Shown piece by piece: positions 10,253-19,674 of a stretch of 63,370 nt of DNA. Position 1 is the stretch's first letter. Each line of letters starts with the position of its first letter. The notes under the pieces were generated by a model. It saw only the letters and a list, made by a program, of their open reading frames with translations. It made no database searches and was not told the DNA's origin. The position numbers and the translations under genes were made by a program. Origin of the DNA: Fibrobacter succinogenes (GTDB lineage: Bacteria > Fibrobacterota > Fibrobacteria > Fibrobacterales > Fibrobacteraceae); contig CACXIR010000004.1 of assembly GCA_902767785.1 (NCBI GenBank), forward strand, positions 1-63,370, given 5' to 3'.

Positions 10253-11410
10253 AAGACCGCCTGCGCTAATCATGGTGCCATAGAGGCCTGTCTTTTTTTC
10301 TTTGAGCAATGTAGAGATCATCCCGAGGCGGGTGGCCTGTAGCAACAATGAAATGGAAAGCACCCTTAGACAATAGCTGCTGATCTGCAGGGTTTCCGGT
10401 GTCCATGGCGATGCAAAGAAGATAATGCGCAGGGTCCATTCGGGGAACAGCCAGAGCGGAGTCATGACGGCGACAATGAATCCCGTGAACAGGGCCTGGT
10501 CCCGCAGGCTCAATTTGCGGCTGTCGCTCTGGTGCAGGGTCAGTACGCTGGAGTAGATGAAAAAGACCATGAGGCTAGAAGCTAGCAACAGCAGCTTATG
10601 GGAGAAGTTGTACGCTCCCAAGAATTCTGCCGGGGCAAAGTGGGAAACGGTATAGAGCCCTACGGGAAGGTAGGCGAGGCTTGCAAGGCTGGTAAGGGCG
10701 TAGGGTGCTGCCGACCTGAACATCAGCAAGAAGAATTTCTTTGCATGGCTGCCGATTTTCAGGATCTTGAGGGAGAATGCCTGGCTTACGCCAAAACCGA
10801 AGGCGGGGACTGCGGAGAGTACCATGGCGAGCGCGATAAGTCCTATGGAATCGAAATGCAGCCCGTAGAGGCAAACTCCCATGATCGAAGCGAAGGAGAC
10901 GGTGTGGAGGATCTTGGAAAAGAGCATCTTTTTCCAGAATTTTCCGCAGATAAAGTACCAGTCGAAAAACGCATGCTGAAAGAACAGGCCGGCGATGAGG
11001 ATTAGTTCGCCCTGGAAGGCGGGGTGGTTCCGCCGCACGGTCAGGGCGAATGCTGCCATCAGAATCGCTGTAATGGCCGTCATGAACAGTCGAAGCTGGA
11101 GTACATGGGTAAAGAGTCGCCCTTCGGTGGCCCGCTTGCCAAAATAGGCTAGAATAAGGGTCATCATGCCGAAATCGGCAATGGCGCAAAATATGGAGTA
11201 GTCGCTTTGCAGTATCCCAAAATAGCCGTAGTTTACAATTCCCAGATTATTAGCGATAATATTCTGGACAAGGATATTGACTCCCTGGATGAGTATGTTT
11301 ACCAAGGAAATGAAAACGCCAATCTTGATGTTCTTGAATACCTGCAACGAGGCATAAAATAGATGTTTTGGCACAAATTGTCTTTGGGAATTTTGTATCT
11401 TTGTCCTCAA
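10115..11410 (-). CDS. Polysaccharide flippase (Wzx-like); start uncertain
   Basis: LGIVNYGYFG and IADFGM motifs; about 12 TM segments. Confidence 0.65.
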   Translation of the reverse strand: MRTKIQNSQRQFVPKHLFYASLQVFKNIKIGVFISLVNILIQGVNILVQNIIANNLGIVNYGYFGILQSDYSIFCAIADFGMMTLILAYFGKRATEGRLFTHVLQLRLFMTAITAILMAAFALTVRRNHPAFQGELILIAGLFFQHAFFDWYFICGKFWKKMLFSKILHTVSFASIMGVCLYGLHFDSIGLIALAMVLSAVPAFGFGVSQAFSLKILKIGSHAKKFFLLMFRSAAPYALTSLASLAYLPVGLYTVSHFAPAEFLGAYNFSHKLLLLASSLMVFFIYSSVLTLHQSDSRKLSLRDQALFTGFIVAVMTPLWLFPEWTLRIIFFASPWTPETLQISSYCLRVLSISLLLQATRLGMISTLLKEKKTGLYGTMISAGGLLNIGICAFGARLSEPSSIPFLTLSGDLFLTLFLATYFVKNRRIGW

Positions 11411-11493
<83 letters not shown>

Positions 11494-11525
11494 GAGTTTT
11501 CATATTAACGCATACCGGAGACTAT

Positions 11526-12788
11526 ATGTCCGTTGAAATCAAAGAAACTAGCGCTACCCTGCGCACCCTTGAAGTGACCATTCCCCAGGAAGACCTGAAG
11601 GCTCCTTTCGAAAAGAAGCTCTCCCAGTACAAGAAGCAGGTTTCCATGAAGGGATTCCGTCAGGGTCAGGTTCCCAAGGCCATGATTTTGAAGCAATTTG
11701 GCGATTCCATCCACCATGAAGTGGTGAACGAGATGGTGGACAAGGTTCTGAACGAAGAATTGAAAAAGGCAAACATCATCCCCGTGGGCCAGTTGAAAGT
11801 GACCAAGTTCAACGACGACAAGGAAACCGCCGTTACCTTGACCGTGGAAGTGGAAATGGACCCTGAAATCGACATCAAGGGTTATGCCGACACGGGCATT
11901 GCCGTTCCTCAGACTGCTGTTCACGAAGAAGAAGTCCAGGCTGAATTCGACCACTTGATGAAGATGTGGAGCAAGGACGAGCATGTGGACCGCGCTGCCC
12001 AGAAGGGTGACGTGGTGGTAGGCAACTACCTGGAAGTGGTGATTGACGGCGAAAAGCAGGAGCTGCCTGAAAACCGTGAATTCCGCAGCCTGCTGGGCGA
12101 ATCCGCCAGCCCCGGTTTTGACGAAGGACTGACCGGTGCCAATGCGGGCGAAACCAAGGAAATCAACTTCAAGTACCCTGACGACCACAAGGATGAACGC
12201 TACCGCGGCAAGACGGCCCAGTTCAAGGTTGAAGTGACGGATGTCCGCAAGATTGTTCCGCCTACCCTGGATGAGGAATTCTGCAAAAAGGTGGGCGTCA
12301 AGGACGAAGCCGAACTGAAGAGCAACATTGCCGAAAGCCTGGCCAACCAGAAGCAAGACGCTGCCAAGACCAAGGCTATCAACGAGGCTATTGACAAGCT
12401 GATAGAACAAAACCCCTTTGAAGTGCCTAACGCCCGTGTGGTGGACCTGATCAAGTGGTCTATCAACCGCAACGTGCAGGACCCCAAGGACGCCGTGGAA
12501 CCCACGGAAGAACAGATGAAGACCCTGGCCCCCGAAGCCATTCGCGAAATCAAGAAGCATCGCATTTTGGAATTCGTGGCCACTAAGGAAAAGATTCGCC
12601 CCGCACAGGCTCAGGTGGATGCCCGCCTGCAAGAGATGGCCAAGTCCTATCATATTGAATTTGAGGACTTGAAGTCCCATTTCCGCCAGTCTGGCCGTAT
12701 CAACCAGCTTCGCGAGGAACTCCGCTTCCAGATGGCTGCCGACTTTATCGTAGGTATCCGCCCCGAAGCTAAGGAAGAAGCCAAGTAA
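11526..12788 (+). CDS. tig: Trigger factor
   Basis: KGFRQGQVP ribosome-binding motif, FKBP-like centre, upstream of clpP. Confidence 0.93.
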   Translation: MSVEIKETSATLRTLEVTIPQEDLKAPFEKKLSQYKKQVSMKGFRQGQVPKAMILKQFGDSIHHEVVNEMVDKVLNEELKKANIIPVGQLKVTKFNDDKETAVTLTVEVEMDPEIDIKGYADTGIAVPQTAVHEEEVQAEFDHLMKMWSKDEHVDRAAQKGDVVVGNYLEVVIDGEKQELPENREFRSLLGESASPGFDEGLTGANAGETKEINFKYPDDHKDERYRGKTAQFKVEVTDVRKIVPPTLDEEFCKKVGVKDEAELKSNIAESLANQKQDAAKTKAINEAIDKLIEQNPFEVPNARVVDLIKWSINRNVQDPKDAVEPTEEQMKTLAPEAIREIKKHRILEFVATKEKIRPAQAQVDARLQEMAKSYHIEFEDLKSHFRQSGRINQLREELRFQMAADFIVGIRPEAKEEAK

Positions 12789-12800
12789 GAGGTAAATGGA

Positions 12801-13391
12801 ATGATTATCCCTACCGTCATCGAGACCACCGGCCGCGGTGAGCGAGCCTATGACATCTATTCCAGGCTTCTCAAGGAGCGCATTATTTTCTTGGGAACGC
12901 CCATCAACGACGAGGTGGCGAACAACGTCATGGCCCAGTTGATTTTCCTGGAATACGAGAATCCTGAAAAGGACATTACGCTCTACATCAACAGCCCCGG
13001 CGGCTACGTTTCGGCAGGGCTTGCCATTTACGATACCATGCAGCATGTGCGCCCCAATATTGCTACCATTTGCATAGGCAACTGCGCCTCCATGGCTGCC
13101 GTGCTTTTGGCTGCAGGGACCAAGGGCAAGCGTTACGCCCTGCCCCATTCCCGCATTATGCTGCACCAGCCCTCCGGTGCTGCCACGGGCCAGTCTACCG
13201 ACATCCAGATTACTGCTAAGGAAATTATCCGTACCAAGGATACCTTGGCTGAAATCGTGGCGAAGCATACGGGCAAGTCCATTGACGAAGTTCGCGAAAA
13301 GACGGATCGAGATTTTTACATGGGTCCAGAGGAAGCAAAGCTTTTCGGCGTCATCGACGACGTCTTTGTTCCTAGGAAAGAGGGAGTCTAG
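12801..13391 (+). CDS. clpP: ATP-dependent Clp protease proteolytic subunit
   Basis: [32 protein letters not shown]. Confidence 0.97.
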   Translation: MIIPTVIETTGRGERAYDIYSRLLKERIIFLGTPINDEVANNVMAQLIFLEYENPEKDITLYINSPGGYVSAGLAIYDTMQHVRPNIATICIGNCASMAAVLLAAGTKGKRYALPHSRIMLHQPSGAATGQSTDIQITAKEIIRTKDTLAEIVAKHTGKSIDEVREKTDRDFYMGPEEAKLFGVIDDVFVPRKEGV

Positions 13392-13396
13392 AATTC

Positions 13397-14689
13397 ATGT
13401 ACAGGAACGGGAAGAACCACCCTGCGGTAACCTGCAGTTTTTGCGGAAAGCCCGCCGAGCAAGTCGAAAAGATGATTGCCGGCGCCGGAGTCCATATATG
13501 CAGCGATTGCGTGTCCATGTGCTACCGCATTATCGAAGAGGACAAGTCCCGTTCCTTGCAAGAAAAGCAGGCTGCGGAATTGGCTTCGCAAAAGCCGCTT
13601 CCCCTGCCCTCTGAAATCAAGGCCCACCTGGACGACTTTGTGATTGGTCAGGAACAGGCTAAGATTGCCCTCTCTGTGGCGGTTTACAACCACTACAAGC
13701 GCCTGCGCTACAAGCAGGCCCACCCCGGCAAGGACCAGGTGGAAGTGGAAAAGTCCAACCTGCTCCTGGTGGGCCCCACCGGTTCGGGAAAGACTCTTTT
13801 GGCCCAGACCATGGCCCGCTTCTTGGATGTTCCCTTTACCATCGCCGACGCCACGGTGCTTACCGAGGCGGGCTATGTGGGCGAAGACGTGGACAGCATT
13901 ATTGTGCGCCTGTTACAGGCTGCCGACTACGATGTTTCCAAGGCGGAACGGGGCATCATCTTTATTGACGAAATCGACAAGATTGCCCGCAAGACGGCGA
14001 ACCCTTCCATCACCCGCGACGTAAGCGGCGAAGGCGTGCAGCAGGGCCTCCTTAAACTTTTGGAAGGTACCGTGGCGGCAGTGCCGCCGAAGGGTGGACG
14101 CAAGCATCCGGAGCAGCCTTTGGTGCAGGTGAACACCAGGAACATCTTGTTCATTTGCGGTGGCGCCTTCGAGACCCTGGACAAGATTATTGCCCAGCGG
14201 GTGAACAAGGGCGGCATGGGATTCGGTGCCGATATCCGCAGCGAGTCCGACAACACCTTGAGCGAACTCTTTAAGCAACTGGAACCCGATGACCTGATCA
14301 AGTTTGGCCTGATTCCCGAAATCGTAGGCCGCTTGCCCATTGCGGTGGCCCTGGAAGAATTGGACGAAAAGGCCTTGTTGAACATCTTGACCCAGCCCAA
14401 GAACGCCCTGGTCAAGCAGTTCAAGAGCCTGTTCGCCATGGATGGAATCGAGTTGGATTTTACCGACGATGCCCTGACAGAGATTGTCCGCGAGACCATG
14501 AGCAGAAAGACTGGTGCTCGCGGGCTTCGTTCCGTAATGGAAAAGTCCCTGCAGCAGGCCATGTTCGAGATGCCGGGTTCCGGCTCCAAGAAACTGGTGC
14601 TTACCGCAGAGATTATCCGCAAGGGCTTAAATCCCTTGGCCATTACCGGCAAGAAGTCCCAGAAGAAAACCGGCAAGAACGTCGCTTAA
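13397..14689 (+). CDS. clpX: ATP-dependent Clp protease ATP-binding subunit ClpX
   Basis: CSFCGK zinc-binding domain, [24 protein letters not shown]. Confidence 0.97.
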   Translation: MYRNGKNHPAVTCSFCGKPAEQVEKMIAGAGVHICSDCVSMCYRIIEEDKSRSLQEKQAAELASQKPLPLPSEIKAHLDDFVIGQEQAKIALSVAVYNHYKRLRYKQAHPGKDQVEVEKSNLLLVGPTGSGKTLLAQTMARFLDVPFTIADATVLTEAGYVGEDVDSIIVRLLQAADYDVSKAERGIIFIDEIDKIARKTANPSITRDVSGEGVQQGLLKLLEGTVAAVPPKGGRKHPEQPLVQVNTRNILFICGGAFETLDKIIAQRVNKGGMGFGADIRSESDNTLSELFKQLEPDDLIKFGLIPEIVGRLPIAVALEELDEKALLNILTQPKNALVKQFKSLFAMDGIELDFTDDALTEIVRETMSRKTGARGLRSVMEKSLQQAMFEMPGSGSKKLVLTAEIIRKGLNPLAITGKKSQKKTGKNVA

Positions 14690-14723
14690 TTGCGATTTTT
14701 GCCGTCTTTACTATTATTGACAC

Positions 14724-17075
14724 ATGGCTTTTAATTATTCAAAGACATTCCCCCTGCTCCCTTTGAGGGATGCGGTCATATTCCCGTTTACCACCCGCCG
14801 TATCTTGGTGGGCAGGGACATTTCCCTGAAGGCGCTGGAATATGCGGAGGCCCATAACGGCGAAATAATCCTGGTGACCCAGAAGGATGTGGAACAGGAA
14901 GACATTGTTAACCCGCTTCTGGATTTGTATACGGTAGGCGTTGCCGCCCACGTGAGCAACGTGACACCCTTCCCCAACGGCTGCGTAAAGGTGGTCTTGG
15001 AAGGCGAAGAGGTGGTGGACCTGCGTTCCGTGGTCATGAAGGATGGCTTTTTGCAGGTGACCGTTTCGCCTCGCAAAGTGGCGGCGGGTTCCAAGGACAA
15101 AACAGACTGCTTTGCCGAAGTGCTTACCAACTTTAGGGAATATGCCGCCAAGCGTAACATTGCCGAGGGCATGGTGGATGCCTTCTTTGGCATGGACAGC
15201 CAGTTGAATGCCTTTTACGGGATTATCCCCTTCTTGCAGATTTCCCTGGCAGAAAAGCAGAACTTTTTGGAGGCGGAATCCCTGGACGACATGGGCGCAA
15301 AACTTTTGGCCCTCATGTCCATTACCGACGATAACGAGAACGTGCTGGTCAAGGTGCAGCAGAACGTGCGCCAGAAGATGGCCCAGCAGCAGAAAGAATG
15401 GTTCATTAGCGAACAGATTCGCCAGCTGCAGGACGAGCTGAACGATGGTGAAAATTCTTCTTCGGAACCGGACCAGTTGTTAAAGAAATTGAAGGCGAAA
15501 AATTTCTCCCCGGCCATCATGGAAAAGATGGAAGAGGAAATCGCCCGCATGCGCCTGATGCACCCCACCACTCCCGAATATGCGGTGGTGCGGAACTATA
15601 TTGACTGGTTCTTATCCATGCCCTACGGGGTTTACGGCGAGACGGTGCTGAACCTGAAAAAGGTGAAGGCGGAACTGGACGCCAAGCATTTTGGATTGGA
15701 TAAGGTGAAGGACCGCATTCTGGAATATGTGGCGGTGCTGAAGTTGACGGGTACGGAACGCCGTGCCCCCATCCTTTGCCTGGTGGGCCCTCCCGGCGTG
15801 GGCAAGACCACCTTGGTGGAATCCATCGCTGCCGCCATGCAGCGGAACTTTGTACGCATTACCTTGGGTGGCGTCCGCGACGAGGCGGAAATCCGCGGTC
15901 ACCGCCGCACCTACATTGGGGCCATGCCTGGCCGCTTTATCCAGGCCTTGCGACGGGCCAAGTGCATGAATCCGGTATTGTTGCTGGACGAAATCGACAA
16001 GATGGCAGCCGACTTCCGTGGTGACCCGGCCAGCGCCCTGCTGGAAGTTCTGGACCCGGAACAGAACCACGACTTTACGGACCACTTTATGGAAGTGGGG
16101 CTAGACCTTAGCCGCGTGCTGTTTATTGCCACTGCCAACTCCGAGGCCGAAATTCCCGATGCCCTGCGGGACCGCCTAGAGGTGGTGCGGCTCCCCGGCT
16201 ATTACGCCCACGAAAAGAAGCAGATTGCATCGAAGTTCTTGATTCCCAAAATTTGCGAACGCTGCGGTGTGGCCTTGGGCAAGGACATTTCCATTCCCGA
16301 CACCATCATCGAAAAGGTCATTAAGGAATGGACCCGGGAAGCGGGAGTCCGCGAACTGGAACGCTCCCTGGAAAGCGTGGTGCGGCATCGTGCCAAAGAG
16401 ATTGTGATGGGCAAAAAGGTCAAGCCCGCCATGACAGAAAAGCAACTCCAGGAATACCTGGGGGTTCCCCGCTTTACCGAAAACCGCCTGCCCGCCCCTG
16501 GGCATGCCGGCGTGATTACGGGGCTTGCCTGGACAAGCGTGGGCGGCGAAATCCTGACGCTGGAATGCATGCTGCTTTCGGGCAAGGGCCACCTGATGCT
16601 TACGGGTAAACTGGGCGACGTGATGAAGGAATCGGCCCAGATTGCGCTTAGCCTGGTGCGGGAGCGGTTGCATCGGTTTGGCATTGACCCTGCCATTGTG
16701 AAAAAGACGGACATACACATTCACGTACCCGAGGGTGCGGTGCCTAAGGACGGCCCCTCGGCAGGTATCGCCCTGACGCTGGCATTGCTTTCTGCATTTA
16801 CACGCACTCCTGTGGCGCCTAATATCGCCTTTACGGGGGAGGTGAGCCTTAAGGGCGACCTGCTCCCCATCGGTGGCCTTAACGAAAAGGCCCTTGCTGC
16901 CCAGGAGGCGGGCGTCAAGACGCTCTATTTGCCCGAGGGCAACAAGAAGGATGTGGCTGAACTCCCGGCCCCTGCAAAGAAGGGCTTGAAGATTCACACG
17001 AAAAAACATATTGACGAGATTATCAAGGAACTGTTCCCGAGGGCAAAATCCACGAAGTCCAAGCCTAAGGCGTAG
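14724..17075 (+). CDS. lon: Lon protease
   Basis: GPPGVGKT, RGHRRTYIGAMPG, PKDGPSAG catalytic Ser, IGGLNEK. Confidence 0.97.
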   Translation: MAFNYSKTFPLLPLRDAVIFPFTTRRILVGRDISLKALEYAEAHNGEIILVTQKDVEQEDIVNPLLDLYTVGVAAHVSNVTPFPNGCVKVVLEGEEVVDLRSVVMKDGFLQVTVSPRKVAAGSKDKTDCFAEVLTNFREYAAKRNIAEGMVDAFFGMDSQLNAFYGIIPFLQISLAEKQNFLEAESLDDMGAKLLALMSITDDNENVLVKVQQNVRQKMAQQQKEWFISEQIRQLQDELNDGENSSSEPDQLLKKLKAKNFSPAIMEKMEEEIARMRLMHPTTPEYAVVRNYIDWFLSMPYGVYGETVLNLKKVKAELDAKHFGLDKVKDRILEYVAVLKLTGTERRAPILCLVGPPGVGKTTLVESIAAAMQRNFVRITLGGVRDEAEIRGHRRTYIGAMPGRFIQALRRAKCMNPVLLLDEIDKMAADFRGDPASALLEVLDPEQNHDFTDHFMEVGLDLSRVLFIATANSEAEIPDALRDRLEVVRLPGYYAHEKKQIASKFLIPKICERCGVALGKDISIPDTIIEKVIKEWTREAGVRELERSLESVVRHRAKEIVMGKKVKPAMTEKQLQEYLGVPRFTENRLPAPGHAGVITGLAWTSVGGEILTLECMLLSGKGHLMLTGKLGDVMKESAQIALSLVRERLHRFGIDPAIVKKTDIHIHVPEGAVPKDGPSAGIALTLALLSAFTRTPVAPNIAFTGEVSLKGDLLPIGGLNEKALAAQEAGVKTLYLPEGNKKDVAELPAPAKKGLKIHTKKHIDEIIKELFPRAKSTKSKPKA

Positions 17076-17146
17076 TGTCGCTGGCTAACTCATTGACCAT
17101 AATGGATGGATTTAATATCTTGGTGACAGAACAAAAGGAGTCCAAT

Positions 17147-17512
17147 ATGAAGACTGAAACGTTTATTGCTGGAATGTTGGTGGGTGCCGCCGCCGCAGTG
17201 GCCCTTTCCAAGAAGTTTATGGGCAAGTGCCTTTGCTGCGAAGAAGGTGCCGACAACACGACTGAAAATACCGCCCTGAAGGACGCCGAAGAGGCTGTGG
17301 ATACCCTGCGTGGATCCGTAGACTGCCTGCGCAAGGAACTGAACAACCGCATTGAATCGGAACAGACCTATGCTGCCAAGTGCGAAGAACTCAAGGACCA
17401 GGTGGCCAAGCAGGGTGTGGAAATCGAGAACCTGAAGAACATCTGCGAAAAGCAGGACGGCCAGAACAAAAAACTGGAAGAAGAACTGGCCCAGGCCAAG
17501 GCCGGCAAGTAA
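17147..17512 (+). CDS. Hypothetical membrane-anchored coiled-coil protein (YtxH-like N-terminus)
   Basis: AAGGAG RBS; FIAGMLVGAAAAVAL anchor; heptad-rich C-terminus. Confidence 0.6.
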   Translation: MKTETFIAGMLVGAAAAVALSKKFMGKCLCCEEGADNTTENTALKDAEEAVDTLRGSVDCLRKELNNRIESEQTYAAKCEELKDQVAKQGVEIENLKNICEKQDGQNKKLEEELAQAKAGK

Positions 17513-17527
17513 CTGTTTTTGAGCGTC

Positions 17528-17550
17528 GCCCGGGCAGTTAGGGTAAAACG
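17528..17550 (+). repeat. Direct repeat copy 1 (remnant of a GNAT gene 3' end, PGQLG*); copy 2 at 18702-18724
   Basis: GCCCGGGCAGTTAGGGTAAAACG vs GCCCGGGCAACTAGGGTAAAACG, 21/23 identical. Confidence 0.85.
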
Positions 17551-17555
17551 CGCAT

Positions 17556-17578
17556 GTCATCCCCGCGAAGGCGGGGAT
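17556..17578 (+). repeat. REP-like palindromic element
   Basis: GTC-ATCCCCGC-GAAG-GCGGGGAT, perfect 8-bp stem; related copies at 18766, 18786, 45383 and 61819. Confidence 0.8.
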
Positions 17579-17592
17579 TTTTTAAAGTGAAT

Positions 17593-17623
17593 GGCGTCAG
17601 GAGAAGTTCTCCTGGCGTTTTTT
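17593..17623 (+). terminator. Intrinsic terminator
   Basis: GGCGTCAGGAGAA-G-TTCTCCTGGCGTT stem plus T tract. Confidence 0.75.
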
Positions 17624-17674
17624 CATTTCTCATCTTGCAATAACTTCTCGAACAGTGGGCGATACACGGCGTAC

Positions 17675-18003
17675 TTTGCACAGTCGCCTGTTCACCCTTG
17701 AGCACCGTCATGAGCATGTAGATGCCCTGCTCCGTGAAGGCGTAGGGCATGAATTTTACATTCGAGCCACGACCTCCATTGTTCAAGATAAAAATTTTTG
17801 ATTTTGAAGAGGTTTTCTCATCAGAATCCGTCTTCAAGATGCAATTTTTGCATCTTGAAAGTTCCTCTTTGGTCAGTTGAAACCGAAAATCCTCATCGAA
17901 TTTCTCAATATTGTTCTTGACCTGTTGGTTAAAAGCACCGGTACTATACCCGTAAATCTCCGCCAAATCGGCATCGAGCATGACATTGACCCCTCGAATC
18001 GTG
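17675..18003 (-). pseudogene. ORF6N-domain (phage antirepressor-like DNA-binding) gene fragment; boundaries approximate
   Basis: IRGVNVMLDADLAEIYGY...FRFQLTKEE...PYAFTEQGIYMLMTVLKG; flanking translation looks non-homologous, so both ends appear truncated. Confidence 0.7.
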
Positions 18004-18094
18004 TTATGCCCCAAAATATGCCGAAAAATTATGTTTACATGCATTTTCTCTTCAAAATGGGCTATTTTCCTTATTACCAACTTACGGAGACTGG

Positions 18095-18720
18095 ATGCGT
18101 TACACCATCCGCACGGAACAACCGCGCGACTTTAAGACCGTCGAAAACCTTACCCGCGAAGCCTTCTGGAACGTTTACCGTCCCGGATGCACCGAGCATT
18201 ACGTGCTGCACTGCTACAGGAGCGAGCCCGACTTTGTGCCGGAACTCTCGCTCGTGCTGGAAGTGGACGGCGAAATCATCGGGCACGTGATGTACGCGTG
18301 GTCGCACATCGACGCCGACGACGGACGCAAAATCCGCATGATGACCCCTTCGGGCCCATCAGCATCCGCCCCGACTATAAGCGCAAGGGATACGGGAAAA
18401 CATTGCTCGACCATTCCATGCGAATTGCCGCCGAGATGGGCGCGGGCTGCCTGTTGATTTGCGGGAACATCGCGTTCTACGGCAAGAGCGGCTTTGTAGT
18501 CGCGAGTACCAGGGGAATCCGCTACGCTGACGACCCCGAAAGCGACGCGCCTTACTTCCTCTGCAAGGAACTGCAAGAAGGGTTCCTCGACGGAATCACC
18601 GGCAGTTACCGCGACCCTGAACCGTACTTTGTCGCCATGCGCAACCCCGAGGCGTTCGAGAAGTACGACGCGGAATTCCCGCCGAAGAAAAAGCTCGTGT
18701 TGCCCGGGCAACTAGGGTAA
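18095..18720 (+). pseudogene. GNAT N-acetyltransferase, frameshifted at a CCCC run (18345-18348)
   Basis: ENLTREAFWNVYRPGCTEHY...IIGHVMY in one frame; FGPISIRPDYKRKGYGK acetyl-CoA motif and FYGKSGF in another. Confidence 0.8.
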
Positions 18721-18734
18721 AACGAAGGGTGTAG

Positions 18735-18928
18735 GGGGAGGGCCCTCCCCTCGCTCCTGCCACATGTCATCCCCGCCTCCCATTTGTCATCCCCGCTATA
18801 CGATACTTGGCAACTAGAATTGCGATGCAATTCGTTGCCATAGTAGAGTTATCCTCTTTGGGGAGAAGGCGGGCGGACAGCACTTAACAACTTGTTGTTT
18901 AGTGCGCATGGCCACCAAGGTGGGGATC
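18735..18928. repeat. Composite nested palindromic repeat cluster
   Basis: GGGGAGGGCCCTCCCC; two GTCATCCCCGC left arms; internal hairpins at 18808-18840 and 18880-18905; right arm AAGGTGGGGATC. Confidence 0.75.
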
Positions 18929-18938
18929 TATTAAAAGC

Positions 18939-18966
18939 AAGCGTCGGAGCAATCTGGCGCTTTTTT
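18939..18966 (+). terminator. Intrinsic terminator
   Basis: AAGCGTCGGA-GCAA-TCTGGCGCTT plus T tract. Confidence 0.7.
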
Positions 18967-19048
18967 ATTAGGAAAACGTTCAAATTTTAGCAAAATTCGG
19001 CATTTTTAGCCTTTTTTTTGTTTAGTATGTAAATTACTACAATATTTC

Positions 19049-19077
19049 TTGACTTCGGCAATGGATTTGTATATATT
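19049..19077 (+). promoter_or_regulatory. Sigma70-type promoter of the R-M operon (probably leaderless)
   Basis: TTGACT-17 nt-TATATT, 6 nt upstream of ATG 19084. Confidence 0.7.
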
Positions 19078-19083
19078 TGCATT

Positions 19084-19674
19084 ATGAATGTTGCCGAATC
19101 GAAAATGGTCAATTTGGGCGATATAGCCTCGCTTTCGGTGGGGTATCCGTTCCGCAACACCTGTGTTCCGGGAGAATCCGGCACGTTGGCGTGTTTTTTG
19201 CGTGATGTGGATTCGGATGGCTCGTTGAATGTGGGCGCGCTGCGGCGTGTAGAAGACGTCAAGCCCAATGGCACGCACATTGCGGTGGCGGGCGATATCG
19301 TGTTTAGGTCGAGGGGCGGCTCGTTTGTTTCTGCACTTGTACCTGTCTTGGACGAAGATTTGCTTGTGGTTGCCCCAATGATCCGTATCCGCGTAAATCG
19401 CGAAAGGGTTTTGTCCGAATATCTGGTTTGGTATATGAACGGCGCCAACGGGGCCGCCTTTTTCAAGGAATTCGCCAAGGGTTCTGCCATGCCGCTCATC
19501 AGCAAGACTGTTTTGGAGCAGATGCCGGTCAAATTGCCCAATTTAAGGGTTCAGCAGACTATTGCCGACCTTGTAAAACTCAGCCGAAAAGAACATGAGA
19601 TTTTGGCAGAAATTGTCAAGCAAAAGAACTTAATTTTAGAAACGGAAATTTCAAAATACCTGGAGTCGCTATGA
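19084..19674 (+). CDS. Half-size Type I R-M specificity subunit-like protein (single TRD)
   Basis: NLGDIA start, GDIVF, SEYLVWYMN, KLPNLRVQQTIADL conserved-region motif; ATGA overlap with hsdM. Confidence 0.7.
   Translation: MNVAESKMVNLGDIASLSVGYPFRNTCVPGESGTLACFLRDVDSDGSLNVGALRRVEDVKPNGTHIAVAGDIVFRSRGGSFVSALVPVLDEDLLVVAPMIRIRVNRERVLSEYLVWYMNGANGAAFFKEFAKGSAMPLISKTVLEQMPVKLPNLRVQQTIADLVKLSRKEHEILAEIVKQKNLILETEISKYLESL

Noticed and set aside
11505-13268. 587-aa minus-strand ORF, and similar long antisense ORFs (359-1252, 32864-34294, 54397-55611, 58750-59883)
   Set aside because: Antisense shadows of strongly codon-biased genes; no recognisable motifs
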